From contig AP024664.1 in assembly GCA_024346625.1 (NCBI GenBank), forward strand, positions 4,464,001-4,528,000: DNA of 64,000 nucleotides. The letters run 5' to 3'. The stretch comes from Williopsis jadinii. Lineage: Eukaryota. This document shows, piece by piece, positions 1 to 10,930 of the stretch (within the stretch, counting starts at the first letter, position 1; each line of letters opens with the position of its first letter). The position numbers were made by a program, and so were the translations under genes. The notes under the pieces were generated by a model. It was not told the DNA's origin, made no database searches, and saw nothing but the letters and a program-made list of their open reading frames with translations.

Positions 1-1746
1 GCTGGTCATTTTGGTCTATGCTTTGGCTTCATCAAATATCTCCGAGAAGATGCCATCAGCATATCAACCAATAGAAGACTTCGTAACAATGTTGTGAAAT
101 CTAAGGGTTTCAATATTGAAAATAATCAGACATTTCAAACCGTCTTGAGGCCATTGCAAGACTCTCAGGGAGTCAATCCGGATATTACATTTAGAATTGA
201 TAAAGATGAAATGTTTCACGGTATGAGGTTGGCAAGATACAATATTCTTAACCTCTTCCTAAAGGATGGTGACTCCAGGAGAAGAGAGCTTATTGTTGAT
301 GATGTTGCTCCACGATTTGAACCGCAACCTCTACCGTTCACATTAGAACAAGGTCATACATTCAATGAAGACCAAATAAAAGCATTTGAAAAGGTTCTTT
401 CTACCAAAGATTACAGTCTCTTGCTAGGTATGCCTGGTACTGGAAAGACTACAGTTATTGCTCAGTTGATCAAGTTTTTGGTCAAAAACAAAAAGACTGT
501 GTTGTTAACGGCATACACACATTCTGCAGTTGATAACATCTTGATGAAGATTAAGGGAGAGGACTTTGGAGTTGTCAGACTTGGTAATTTGTCTCGTGTT
601 CATAAGGAGACACAAGTGTTTTCCCCTTACAAAAAGGTGGTAAAGACTGCTAAGGACCTCCAAGAGGTGTTCCTCGATCCTCCTGTGGTTGCAACTACAT
701 GTTTAGGCATCAGTGAATGGATCTTCAACAGAAGGAAGTTCGACTATTGCATTGTGGATGAATCTTCTCAGGTCTCCATGCCAGTGTGTCTTGGGCCTCT
801 GAGATTTTGTGACAAATTTGTTCTTGTTGGAGATCACTTCCAGCTACCACCTTTGGTTCAGAATCCGGAAGCCAAGGCTGGTTTATCGAAGTCTTTGTTC
901 AAGATTCTAAGCGAGAGGCACCCTGAGTCAGTTGTTGATTTAACTCATCAGTACAGGATGTGCTCGGATATAATGTTGTTATCAAACACCCTCATATATG
1001 AAGGTCGTCTCAAATGCGGATCAGAAATGGTTGCCAATCTGTCTCTCAAAATTCCTTTCATTGAGAAGCTTATAACCACCTTTCCTGATGGTCTCTGCCC
1101 AGCCCAACGATGGCTTGACACAGTCCTTGACTCAAACAACAGGGTTCTATTCTTGAACCATGATGAGGTTGGTGGATGCCAGGAAACAAGCTCCAAGGAG
1201 AACATTGAAAACCCCAAAGAAGCTGAGTTAGTGTTCCAGATAGTTGAGGCAATGATCCTGTGTGGTGTTCCTGAAAAGAGCATAGGTGTTATGTCCTTCT
1301 ACCGTGCACAGCTCCGTCTATTCTATAGAAAGTTTTCCGCTAGAAAAGACGTGGAGATGTTGACAGCCGATCAGTTCCAAGGTCGTGATAAAGACTGTGT
1401 CATTATTTCTCTAGTGAAATCAAACAACAACAACAACATTGGAAGTTTGTTGAAAGAATGGAGAAGGGTCAACGTGGCAATTACGCGTGCTAAGTCGAAA
1501 CTAATCATCATTGGCTCCAAACGCACGTTGAAGAACTTGAGCACTCTTGATGCCTTTATGAAAATATTAGATTCCAGAGGATGGTTCTACGACCTTCCAC
1601 CAAAAGCAGACACTTTTTACACTTTCAAAACACCGTCAACTAAACATGGCGATGTCACAATCTCACCAGTGAAGAAGATGAAGGACTCCAGAGTTGTTCA
1701 GAGTAAACCACTTGCAAGAGAGATTGCAGAAGAGATGGACCTCTAA
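1..1746 (+). CDS. DNA2: DNA replication helicase/nuclease Dna2, C-terminal SF1 helicase part (5' truncated by window)
   Basis: Frame is open from base 1. Motifs GMPGTGKTT, IVDESSQ, VGDHFQLPP, QYRM, TADQFQGRDKD and RRVNVAITRAK; FRIDKDEM is typical of Dna2. Confidence 0.93.
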   Translation, partial: AGHFGLCFGFIKYLREDAISISTNRRLRNNVVKSKGFNIENNQTFQTVLRPLQDSQGVNPDITFRIDKDEMFHGMRLARYNILNLFLKDGDSRRRELIVDDVAPRFEPQPLPFTLEQGHTFNEDQIKAFEKVLSTKDYSLLLGMPGTGKTTVIAQLIKFLVKNKKTVLLTAYTHSAVDNILMKIKGEDFGVVRLGNLSRVHKETQVFSPYKKVVKTAKDLQEVFLDPPVVATTCLGISEWIFNRRKFDYCIVDESSQVSMPVCLGPLRFCDKFVLVGDHFQLPPLVQNPEAKAGLSKSLFKILSERHPESVVDLTHQYRMCSDIMLLSNTLIYEGRLKCGSEMVANLSLKIPFIEKLITTFPDGLCPAQRWLDTVLDSNNRVLFLNHDEVGGCQETSSKENIENPKEAELVFQIVEAMILCGVPEKSIGVMSFYRAQLRLFYRKFSARKDVEMLTADQFQGRDKDCVIISLVKSNNNNNIGSLLKEWRRVNVAITRAKSKLIIIGSKRTLKNLSTLDAFMKILDSRGWFYDLPPKADTFYTFKTPSTKHGDVTISPVKKMKDSRVVQSKPLAREIAEEMDL

Positions 1747-1874
1747 CTTCTACATATTACAGTGCATTTGAATATTTATTTACAGCATCCATACGTACGA
1801 AAAAAAAAAAGATAATCATGATCAATTAGCGTAGGCCCATTCAACGTTGTACAGATAGCCTGCTATCCACTGAC

Positions 1875-4800
1875 TCATTCCAGATCTTTTAGTCTTCTTT
1901 CAATGATTGCATCCACATTCTCAGCAGATTCAGCTGGTAAAAATCTCAACTTTTTCCCAATTTTCTGTACAGTGGAGTCTTTCAACCTTCTTTTTATGAT
2001 CTTACCACTTGGTAAGATCTCCGTCTCATACTCTTCGTCGTCATCCATGGATGACACTTTTTGAGCTGATGATGGTGACCCAGGTGGAAGCTCTGTAGGA
2101 GATGCAACGGTGTTCTTTCTTCTTCTGTGTATTACTTTCTTTACTGTGGATTGATCTTTATCCCATTTCCATCCTTGTGCCATCTGATCATAAGCTGCAA
2201 GTTCGATGGTTCTTCTGACGTCAGTGTTCTTTTCCAAAATTTGGAACTCATCAACCTCATTTGGGAAAATCCAGTATCGTAACATCTTCAAGAAGAAGTT
2301 ATACATCAATGGCATAGAGACGAGAATCAGAAGAGCAGCCCAAAATGTGATATCTTTTCCGAATTTCCAATAAAGACCACGTTTGACGTCATAGATCTTA
2401 CTAGTATCATAGCCGTAGAGACCTGGTAGTATACAACACCATAAAAGCCAACCCAGGCATGATATAGCAATAGAGGCAAAGTTCATCCAAGTTCTATCAT
2501 GCTGCTCAAAGAGTTGTAACTTAATGTTGATGGTAAACACAATAGCTGTGAAAGTCAATACACCAACAGGGTATAGAGAGTTGTCATATGTTACATAGAA
2601 TCCCCAGAGGTACCAACTTGAGAAACAAATCAACAAAGAAATTGTTGTGGCAATGAACATCCAGCACAAGAAGATCTTCAAGTTGAAAGCCTGGTTCAAT
2701 CTTCCCATTGAATACAACTCAGGTGCTGCCAAAAGCGTTGCCGGTTTTAAATCTTTCTCAAACATACCGATACAGAGAACACAGAGAGATGTGAACAGAG
2801 TGTTGAACATCGAAAGAGACCACGGTTCGTATAGAGATGTTCCCGTGAACATTGCATTTCTTTGGAAAATGGCCTGTGAAAGGTAAAACAGCAACTCTTT
2901 GAAGAACGTTGACAAAACAAACTTGGACGTTCTGATGTAGTTATATCTTCCATGAACAAGCAATAGCTTTTGTAGATATCTGAACTGCGCAATGGAGTAA
3001 TCGGATGATCTTGCAGCCTGGAGGCCTTCTTTACCCGTGATACCGATACCAATATCGGCACTCTGAATCATTGCAATATCATTGGCACCATCTCCGATAG
3101 CTAAAGTGACGAGTCTCTTGTTTAGGCTCCTGATGTTAGACACCATCAACGCCTTTTGGGATGGACTTGCTCTGCAACAGATAACGGAGTTTGTCTTGGT
3201 ACACAACGAGATGAAGATTGACATGAGTGATAAATCAGTTTCAAAGTTTGCCAATGTAGAACCGTCTATGACAACAACACAGTGTGCAACGTTTCCCTTG
3301 TCGATCTCTAGTTCAGCTGCCGTCATTTTAGAAGTGAGATCATCGTCTGTGACATCCAAAATGACCACTGTTGAGTAATCTTTGATCAACTTACAAGAAT
3401 AGCCGATGTTGATGGCAGTTTCTCTCTTATCACCAGTCAACATCCACAATTTGATGCCTGCCCTTCTCAATTTTTCGATTGTATCAGCGACACCATCTTG
3501 CAATTTGTCCTCAATGGCAGTTGCTCCTAGCAATTCAAAGTTGTTTTCAAGAACACCACCAACCTGCTCTATATTTTGGGCTCTGTTTGTTAATGACGTC
3601 TTTGCACTGGCATAGTCTAATGCCCACTGTTCGTATTCAGTCTTTGACAACCACTTATAGCCGAATAACAAAGTTCTCAACCCCTCTGTGGAAAATTGTT
3701 CAATGTGTTCCAAGGTCTTTTCAATAACATATTCCTCGTTCATAACCATCTTATCGTTGCCGATGTAATCAGAAATAGAAGTGATGTTATACTTCTCTCT
3801 ATCTCTGATGTGCAACGACTTTCTGGTTTCCATCAGAACCTCGTTGATTTCATCTTGATCCTTTTTGATACTGTGAACGAAATCATCAACGGTTTGGATA
3901 TGAGCGTTGTTGGAAGAATTCGCAACTGAACTTATTGAAGATCTTGGGAACTGCATGCTCTTCTTGTGCTCCATAGACAGACGTTGTTGTAAGACCACGG
4001 AGGCTTCATTTGCCTTTCTGATACTAGCTGATCTGTACACGTCTTGTTGCTTGGAATGAACTAAATCCATGTTGTTTAACCTCTCCAGGATGATGTTGTC
4101 TGCACCTTTACATATCATACAGATACGACCGTCTGGGAACTTAACAACAATTGACATTCTCTTTCTTGCTGAAGTGAACTCAACAACGTTCAACACTTCG
4201 TACTGTTCATCAACAGGGTCTTCATCCAAACCATTTGGATAGGTTCTGATTGTCAATTTAGTTTGGTTCTTTCCGAAAACGACAAATCCCATGTCCCTGG
4301 CAGCAACAACCAATGCCAATTCATCTGGCGAAGACGACTGATACTCAATATCATCAGGGTCATCTGAGTTTGATTTTGGTAAGCAGGTATGACATAGGGC
4401 AAGCGATAAAATGAAGAACTTGGCCTTTTTAGAAAACAGGCTGTTTGGATTAGCCTGTATATGCTGCAATAGTTCTACTGAAGTCTTCAGTGAGTCCACT
4501 CTGTTCTCCTTAGGAGATGTCATAGCACTCTTCCCAGTGACTGCGGGAGCTAAACTGGGCCGTCCCGTGTACCTTGTGTTACTTCTTCTGATGTCAATTG
4601 AACATCTAGGCGAGTGTATCGTTGCACGGTCCATGTCCTGGTCCGATATCTCTTCATCATCTTCTGAAACAACATGAGACCAAGCAGTACCAGCCACTGA
4701 GAAGTTTCTAAAGATCATCATGTTATCTGTCAAGGTTCCAGTCTTATCACTGAACACATAACTGACTTGACCTAATTCTTCCAAGATCGTTGCAGTTCTT

Positions 4801-6542
4801 GCCTCACACGGAGTGTTTGAAGGTTTATGGTACATATCAATATCCCACTGAAGGAAAAGCATCTGTACAACTTTGATGATTTCCATTGTCACGTAGAGAG
4901 AAAGTGGAATCAAGGTGTTGTACATGATTATGAATCCCATAATAGTTGGAGCAATACCAGCCTCTGAATTCAACAAGTACCATGCCCTATCCCAATAACG
5001 ATCCATGTAAATTCTCTGTGCCATGAATGAAAACAGCGAAAGGCATAACACGACAAACACCATAAAGACCACAATCAAGTTGATTGATCTCTGTAGCTTT
5101 GGAGCTTTCGTTCTCGGGTTCTTGATTGCATTCATTCTAATCTTTGTCTCTTCACCTGTGAAGATGACTAGTCCAACAACGGTCTTGGTATTTCTTATGA
5201 TTGATCCTCTGTAGATGACATTCTCTGGTCCTAATGCATACTCTGCGCCGTCAAGGCTCAAAACACCTTCAAAGTTGTACAAATCATTGTTTGGATCCTC
5301 AACGGTAACCGAACCTTCGAAATCTTTGAAACCTAAGGCATTATTCATCCTTTCGCTTATCTTTCTGTGAGGCACTCTGGCCTTTAGATTCGTTTCACCA
5401 TCCAAATCCATGGTTTCAATGTAGACCTCGTTTTCGTTTTGGCCATCCGATGTTAACAAGATGATATCCGCAGGTACTGCTTCATCCTGGTGTAGCTGAA
5501 TCAAATCACCCACTTTGATATCTTTCCACTTAGCACTTGTTGCAGCTAACCCAACCGAACGCATGTAATCCCTCTTGGTGAAAGTATTTGGCTGTGATAA
5601 CATATCGTCACCAACAGTTTCTAGTATACTAGTGCCATGTTCATGGTCATTCGAACTTGTAGAAGACAGGTTGAGATCTCTGCTATGGGACTCGGTGAAC
5701 ACAATCATCTCCGTAGAGTTGTTATTCTCCTTGTTGTCCTGTAGATGTCTTCTCCAATCGTCATAACCTTCTCTCAACATCGAGATTGTAACAAAGATAC
5801 ACAAGGGAATGATGGTCGTATAGGTACCAGTTGTTGACCAAGAAGGGATCATCTGTAATATAGAAACAGTCAAAAAGTACAGGTTTGCAATCTTTGAGAA
5901 CTGGGCGTAGAGTTGCTTTGGAACAAAACTGTACAATGAATATCTTGCTGATGAGATGACGTTTGAGATGTATGGTTCATTGTAGCGTTCATCCTCCAAC
6001 AATTCATCGCCATGTTTCTTATGGCGATTGCAAGGGAACTGTGAGCGATCAAAGTCACCAGTCGGTGCAATAGGGATCTTCCGTCCATTGGCTGATTCCC
6101 TATAGGGTCTGATGTTGAGAATGGTATTCTTCAGATCAGTGAATCTCTGTTGAATGCTGCCTCTTTTACCGGCATAAACCTTGGACGAGGGATTCACGTG
6201 TCGTACGCCAACGTTGTCTGCCAAAGCTGAGAGATCTCCATCTTCAGTCCCGAGCGTAGTATCCATCTGGTCCAATTCCGCTGAGTACCGGATCTTATCG
6301 TCATCTCTTTTCCCTTCCAGCAGATTCACTGTGGATCTGGCACTGACATCCATATTCCTCAGCTCTATGCGTTGATCCGCAGATGAGTTCGCATCAGAGC
6401 CTCCAGTATAGTCGGAAACGCCCATCTCCAGGTCGTCGGGCGTAGACGACGACGTCGTCGTACCCTTCGCCGAGTTCTTGAAGAAGAGCTGCGTTCGCAA
6501 GGAGTACCCTCTCTTTCTACCACCACCGTCTGGAAATGACAT
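1875..6542 (-). CDS. DNF3: P4-type ATPase, phospholipid flippase (Dnf3-like)
   Basis: DGETNLK, SDKTGTLT phosphorylation motif, TGDKRETAINIG, GDGAND, C-terminal TM helices; 1555 aa. Confidence 0.88.
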   Translation of the reverse strand: MSFPDGGGRKRGYSLRTQLFFKNSAKGTTTSSSTPDDLEMGVSDYTGGSDANSSADQRIELRNMDVSARSTVNLLEGKRDDDKIRYSAELDQMDTTLGTEDGDLSALADNVGVRHVNPSSKVYAGKRGSIQQRFTDLKNTILNIRPYRESANGRKIPIAPTGDFDRSQFPCNRHKKHGDELLEDERYNEPYISNVISSARYSLYSFVPKQLYAQFSKIANLYFLTVSILQMIPSWSTTGTYTTIIPLCIFVTISMLREGYDDWRRHLQDNKENNNSTEMIVFTESHSRDLNLSSTSSNDHEHGTSILETVGDDMLSQPNTFTKRDYMRSVGLAATSAKWKDIKVGDLIQLHQDEAVPADIILLTSDGQNENEVYIETMDLDGETNLKARVPHRKISERMNNALGFKDFEGSVTVEDPNNDLYNFEGVLSLDGAEYALGPENVIYRGSIIRNTKTVVGLVIFTGEETKIRMNAIKNPRTKAPKLQRSINLIVVFMVFVVLCLSLFSFMAQRIYMDRYWDRAWYLLNSEAGIAPTIMGFIIMYNTLIPLSLYVTMEIIKVVQMLFLQWDIDMYHKPSNTPCEARTATILEELGQVSYVFSDKTGTLTDNMMIFRNFSVAGTAWSHVVSEDDEEISDQDMDRATIHSPRCSIDIRRSNTRYTGRPSLAPAVTGKSAMTSPKENRVDSLKTSVELLQHIQANPNSLFSKKAKFFILSLALCHTCLPKSNSDDPDDIEYQSSSPDELALVVAARDMGFVVFGKNQTKLTIRTYPNGLDEDPVDEQYEVLNVVEFTSARKRMSIVVKFPDGRICMICKGADNIILERLNNMDLVHSKQQDVYRSASIRKANEASVVLQQRLSMEHKKSMQFPRSSISSVANSSNNAHIQTVDDFVHSIKKDQDEINEVLMETRKSLHIRDREKYNITSISDYIGNDKMVMNEEYVIEKTLEHIEQFSTEGLRTLLFGYKWLSKTEYEQWALDYASAKTSLTNRAQNIEQVGGVLENNFELLGATAIEDKLQDGVADTIEKLRRAGIKLWMLTGDKRETAINIGYSCKLIKDYSTVVILDVTDDDLTSKMTAAELEIDKGNVAHCVVVIDGSTLANFETDLSLMSIFISLCTKTNSVICCRASPSQKALMVSNIRSLNKRLVTLAIGDGANDIAMIQSADIGIGITGKEGLQAARSSDYSIAQFRYLQKLLLVHGRYNYIRTSKFVLSTFFKELLFYLSQAIFQRNAMFTGTSLYEPWSLSMFNTLFTSLCVLCIGMFEKDLKPATLLAAPELYSMGRLNQAFNLKIFLCWMFIATTISLLICFSSWYLWGFYVTYDNSLYPVGVLTFTAIVFTINIKLQLFEQHDRTWMNFASIAISCLGWLLWCCILPGLYGYDTSKIYDVKRGLYWKFGKDITFWAALLILVSMPLMYNFFLKMLRYWIFPNEVDEFQILEKNTDVRRTIELAAYDQMAQGWKWDKDQSTVKKVIHRRRKNTVASPTELPPGSPSSAQKVSSMDDDEEYETEILPSGKIIKRRLKDSTVQKIGKKLRFLPAESAENVDAIIERRLKDLE

Positions 6543-7183
6543 CGTTACACACGGTCACCTGGTGAGCGTCTTCAGTGCAGGGGGATCAAATACAACGTCC
6601 CTGAACACTGAAATGGAATGGAAAAAACGTAGCAAAGCAGGACAGAGGGGTCAGAGGATCCACACCACCGAGTTATAAAGGGAGAATATCAACAAGGGAG
6701 CTTCTTTTTCCCCGTCTCTCGCTGTACGCTATAATCAACAAAGGATCGCTCGCAGAGCGTTCTCGGCAAGTTCCTTCACCACAACCACAACCACAGGGGG
6801 AAATTTTCTCTTTGGTCTAAGCAGAGAGTCACACCAGCCAAGCCCGAAACGTTCCCGTCAACCTTGTTAACACACACGGGGGCTCAATTGAAGAAGGGGA
6901 ATTTGTAGTGATTTACCGGGGACTTTGTTTACGAAGCAGAGTCGAAATGTCCTCTTTGTGGGCTGTGCGAGGTGGGAGTGCCAGTGTGTCGCGTACCGGA
7001 TGATCTGATGGTGCGCGAACTTGTTTGATTGTTTACATTTTTTGGTTTTTGTGGTTGGCGGCTAATTTTTTCGCTTTGTTTACTTTTTATTTACTTTTGT
7101 TTACTTCTCCAGTACTTTTCCTCAGGGGTGGTATACTTTTTGTTTACTTCAGCTTAGATCGCTCACTTCGTTCGCTCTTTGCA

Positions 7184-9637
7184 ATGGGAGACCTCGCGGA
7201 CGATCTGGAGAAGCTGAGCATCTCGCCGAAGAAGAAGCCGCAGAGCTCGTCGTCAATCTTCCTCCAAAAGAAATTCAACTCGCTGAGCAACAACCAGAAG
7301 CAGAGGAGCAAACCGCAGTTCGACAGGCAAAAGTTCTTCTCCGATGAGCCTATAGCGGTCAACGACGACTCATGGAACAAGAATAGACAGTACTTCAACT
7401 CCCAGCAGAAGGAGAATCCGTTGGCGGGTGATTCCCCCAGTAAAAAAGCGCCATACCACAAGGATGGGCTTCCCACCGGCGCAACGTCGTTAAAGAAGCC
7501 TTCTGGCAACGTCATTTTGAACCCTGCCAGTGAGGATTTGAAGGACCATAGAGACGGGATCCAGTTTGTCAAGACAGGGTTTGACAAGTACGCCAAGAGC
7601 GACTCTCCATTCAAGGACCCTTATTCCATATTGAACAACAAGTCTATTGAAAGATCTGGCGCGTCGTTCTTGGACAGCCCCGAGTTGTTCAAAGAGGAAA
7701 AGGAGATGGTTGATAAGTTGGTGAGTAGCATAGGGAACTCCGTCATGGAGGACGAGATCGCCAAGTTGAAAGAGACTGAATTCGAAGAGAAGGATAGACA
7801 GGTTAAAGGATTGACTGTAAACCTCTTGGATCATCAGGTATTGGGTCTAAAGTTCTTGAGGAAACGTGAGAAGGACAAACACATCCATAAAGGTGGTTTG
7901 CTATGTGATGATATGGGATTGGGTAAAACTGTACAGATGATCTCTCTAATAGTCAAGAATAAGGCCAAGGAAGACGACCTTGGTAACCTCGCCGATATCG
8001 AAAATAAGGAGTTCAAGGTTGTCAATACTGCTGTTCCAAAGGTTAAGATTAAGGCCACTTTGGTCATCGCGCCCGTCAGCTTGACCACACAGTGGATTCA
8101 AGAGATGAAAAGATTTGCACCTCATTTGAAGACTCTGCTATATCATGGACCAAATAGGGCGAAGACATCGTTGGTTGATTATGATGTTGTTGTGTCATCC
8201 TACGAAACCGTCCGTTCTGATTTTGAGAACAAAGCCTCCCCAATTTACTCCGCCTACTGGCACAGAGTTGTCCTGGATGAGGCTCATATCATCAAAAACG
8301 GCAAGACTAAAACAGCAAAGGCAACCTTTAACGTTGAAAGTACAAGAAGATGGGCATTGACCGGTACACCGATTCAAAACTCTGTTAAGGAACTACAATC
8401 ACTATTGTTATTCTTGAGAGTTTCGGATCTCTCAAATGAAAAGGTATGGAAGGCAACAATGGCTAAACTTATCTCAAAGGAGAAAACACAAGCTTTTGAA
8501 CTCATCAGGAAAGAGTTGAAAACCATCATGCTTAGAAGAACAAAGGAAATCTTACAACATACAAATTTCAAGCTTCCCGAAAAGACAATTCACAAATGTG
8601 AAATCGATTTCAGTAAACGTGAAAGGAAGCTATACTCTGATCTTCATGAACATTTCAAAAACGATTTGATGAATAAACTGAAGGATAAACCTGACGATGA
8701 TGACTTTGATGAATCCACCGATCTGTTTAAGTCCGTTTCTCCTGTGAAATTAGGTGCTAAGAAGAATGGTAAAAATATCCACATGCAAGCGTTGGTGTTC
8801 TTGTTGAGGTTGCGCCAAGTTTGTTGTCATTGGAAGTTGTTGACCAATTTAAAAGAGGACGACCTTGAAGATATCCAGAAGGCAAATGGTGGTGCGAACA
8901 ATAATAAGCTGGATCCGATGGCATCTCCTTCCAAGACCCCTGCGCCTTTAGACATGGATAAGGCGTTGGACAATTTGGCTAATATAATGGGCGGGCTGAC
9001 GGTGGAAGAAACCAAGTGTGAAGTCTGTTTTGTCGAGCCAGTTGAATCTGGCGAAGGTAAGATTTGCAGATCTTGTCTCAAACTACAAGAACATACCAAG
9101 AACACTGAAAGCGCCAAAGTACTAAAAGTATTGGATATCTTGAAAAGAGATCCAACGAGGAAAACAATCATATTTTCACAGTTTAGAGAGTTGTTGTTGT
9201 TGTTAAAGCCTGTTTTGAAGAAGCATGGAATCAAATCCGTTATGTACGACGGTAAACTATCCCTTTCTGAGAAGGATAAGGCATTGGATAAACTAAGAAA
9301 CGACGACGAAACTAAAGTGTTGTTATGCTCTTTGAAATCCGGTGCTGTCGGTTTAAACTTGACCGTTGCATCCCAAGTGATTCTCTTCGACCCATGGTGG
9401 AATCCTCAGATTCAGGAACAGGCAATTGATAGGGTCTACCGTATCGGGCAGACCAAACCTGTTGATGTTTACGTGTTAGCTATCAAGGATACCGTTGAGA
9501 TCGGAATTCTAGAATTACAGGAGAAGAAACGTGCCATTGCACAAACCGTCATTGGAGGTGATAGCACTGCACAAAGCAAACTAAACACGCTATCTACAGC
9601 GGAACTCATGAAGCTATTTGGTGCATACAAGGGATAG
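7184..9637 (+). CDS. SNF2-family ATP-dependent helicase (Rad5/Rad16/Uls1-like group)
   Basis: GGLLCDDMGLGKT, VLDEAH, LTGTPIQN, LLRLRQVCCH, SLKSGAVGLNL, DPWWNP, QAIDRVYRIGQ. First ATG is at 7184; the ORF track start is a TTG in T-rich leader. Confidence 0.85.
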   Translation: MGDLADDLEKLSISPKKKPQSSSSIFLQKKFNSLSNNQKQRSKPQFDRQKFFSDEPIAVNDDSWNKNRQYFNSQQKENPLAGDSPSKKAPYHKDGLPTGATSLKKPSGNVILNPASEDLKDHRDGIQFVKTGFDKYAKSDSPFKDPYSILNNKSIERSGASFLDSPELFKEEKEMVDKLVSSIGNSVMEDEIAKLKETEFEEKDRQVKGLTVNLLDHQVLGLKFLRKREKDKHIHKGGLLCDDMGLGKTVQMISLIVKNKAKEDDLGNLADIENKEFKVVNTAVPKVKIKATLVIAPVSLTTQWIQEMKRFAPHLKTLLYHGPNRAKTSLVDYDVVVSSYETVRSDFENKASPIYSAYWHRVVLDEAHIIKNGKTKTAKATFNVESTRRWALTGTPIQNSVKELQSLLLFLRVSDLSNEKVWKATMAKLISKEKTQAFELIRKELKTIMLRRTKEILQHTNFKLPEKTIHKCEIDFSKRERKLYSDLHEHFKNDLMNKLKDKPDDDDFDESTDLFKSVSPVKLGAKKNGKNIHMQALVFLLRLRQVCCHWKLLTNLKEDDLEDIQKANGGANNNKLDPMASPSKTPAPLDMDKALDNLANIMGGLTVEETKCEVCFVEPVESGEGKICRSCLKLQEHTKNTESAKVLKVLDILKRDPTRKTIIFSQFRELLLLLKPVLKKHGIKSVMYDGKLSLSEKDKALDKLRNDDETKVLLCSLKSGAVGLNLTVASQVILFDPWWNPQIQEQAIDRVYRIGQTKPVDVYVLAIKDTVEIGILELQEKKRAIAQTVIGGDSTAQSKLNTLSTAELMKLFGAYKG

Positions 9638-9708
9638 ATATCTGTTGGTGAAGATTCAATTGTATTATCCTGATTCCCCCCGTCTACCATTCTATTGATA
9701 CGTAGTTT

Positions 9709-10759
9709 TCAATCTGTTTCCATTTTGTCTTCATCTTTAACTTCTTCTTCTTCTTCTTCTTTCTTTGGTGCACTGTCATCATCACCATCATCGTTGTTGT
9801 TATCATCATTATCATCCTGATCGTCTCTGGCGTTTCCTAGTGTATCCAACTTATCCAACCACTGTTGCACCTCCTCATCGTCATAGATCTTGAACCCATC
9901 CTTCGTGGCGACGGCCACACTGGTGTTCTTCGAGTTCAACTCTTTATCCTGTTGCAGGGTCTCTCTCAACGCCTTCAATCCGTGTACAATCAGCTCCTCG
10001 CTTGTCGAAGTCTTGTACTCGTCAAAGTTTCTCTCGAGATATGTTCTACCAGCTTGGGATCTTGCACCAATGGCGCAACCAAAGTACTCCAACGATTGAC
10101 CCGAAGGTTGGAACTCAAAGAGATGTGCGCCAGTCTCATCGTACCCGACAACTAAGAGACCTACACCATACGGTCTAGAACCGAACCCTTGGGTGTTCTT
10201 CTGAGCCTTTGAGGCTAGTAAATCGGCAGCTTTCTCCACGGAGAGCGGTCTGTTGAAGATCATTCTCTGGTTCATCGCCTTTTCACGCAGGAAATTCGAC
10301 AGGACACGGGCATCTGGTGCCAGGCCCGCAAGAGCTATACCCATATGGTCGTCAATTTGAATGATCTTCTTCTGATACGAAGATAGCTCTTCGGCGTTTC
10401 TCTGATTGTTTGTTAGTCTACCGTACACACAGTATCTTGGAAGGGGGAGCCCCTCCACGGGGCTCTATCAACTCACTTTGAGAGCAGCAAGGACAACCGC
10501 ATCCTTCGTAGCAAGACCAACCACTGCTGAGCCTTGCTTGATAGCTTCGAGAGCGTACTCGACCTGTGTGATTGGAAACCGTTAGTTAGCTGTCCACTGT
10601 CTTCAATTTACAATGCTTCACTATGCTTACTTGGAATATTCTTCCCGTTGGTGAGTAGGTCACCGTGTCACCGTCGTAGTTGTTTCTAAACTGCGCCAGC
10701 GTTAGTACTCGCTCATCACAGCTTCATCCCAATTGGGTCCCACACTGCTCACTTACCAT
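9709..10759 (-). CDS. PRE5: 20S proteasome alpha-6 subunit, 4 exons (10759-10757, 10690-10631, 10563-10477, 10401-9709)
   Basis: Splicing out three introns (10691-10756, 10564-10630, 10402-10476; GTRAGY donors, ACTAAC branch points, CAG acceptors) gives [33 protein letters not shown]...RNAEELSSYQKK. Confidence 0.95.
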
Positions 10760-10818
10760 ATTTCAACCTTTGTTTCCCGCCAATTGAATCGATCTTGTAT
10801 ATGAAAGCTGTGTGGTAA

Positions 10819-10826
10819 TTGCCACC
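10819..10826 (-). promoter_or_regulatory. PACE-like Rpn4 site (GGTGGCAA) upstream of PRE5
   Basis: TTGCCACC on the plus strand, about 60 bp upstream of the proteasome gene ATG. Confidence 0.7.
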
Positions 10827-10888
10827 ATAAAATTCAGCCTACAGTTGACAAAAAATAACAACAACGCGGAAGAGGAGGTTTTCGCTGT

Positions 10889-10930
10889 GTGTCCGGGTTA
10901 ATGAGTGTCCGGGTGTTTATGTCCGGATGT
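10889..10930 (+). promoter_or_regulatory. Three tandem RTGTCCGGRT(GT) Rap1-like motifs
   Basis: gtgtccgggt, gtgtccgggtgt, atgtccggatgt; the same motif recurs in other intergenic regions. Confidence 0.55.
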
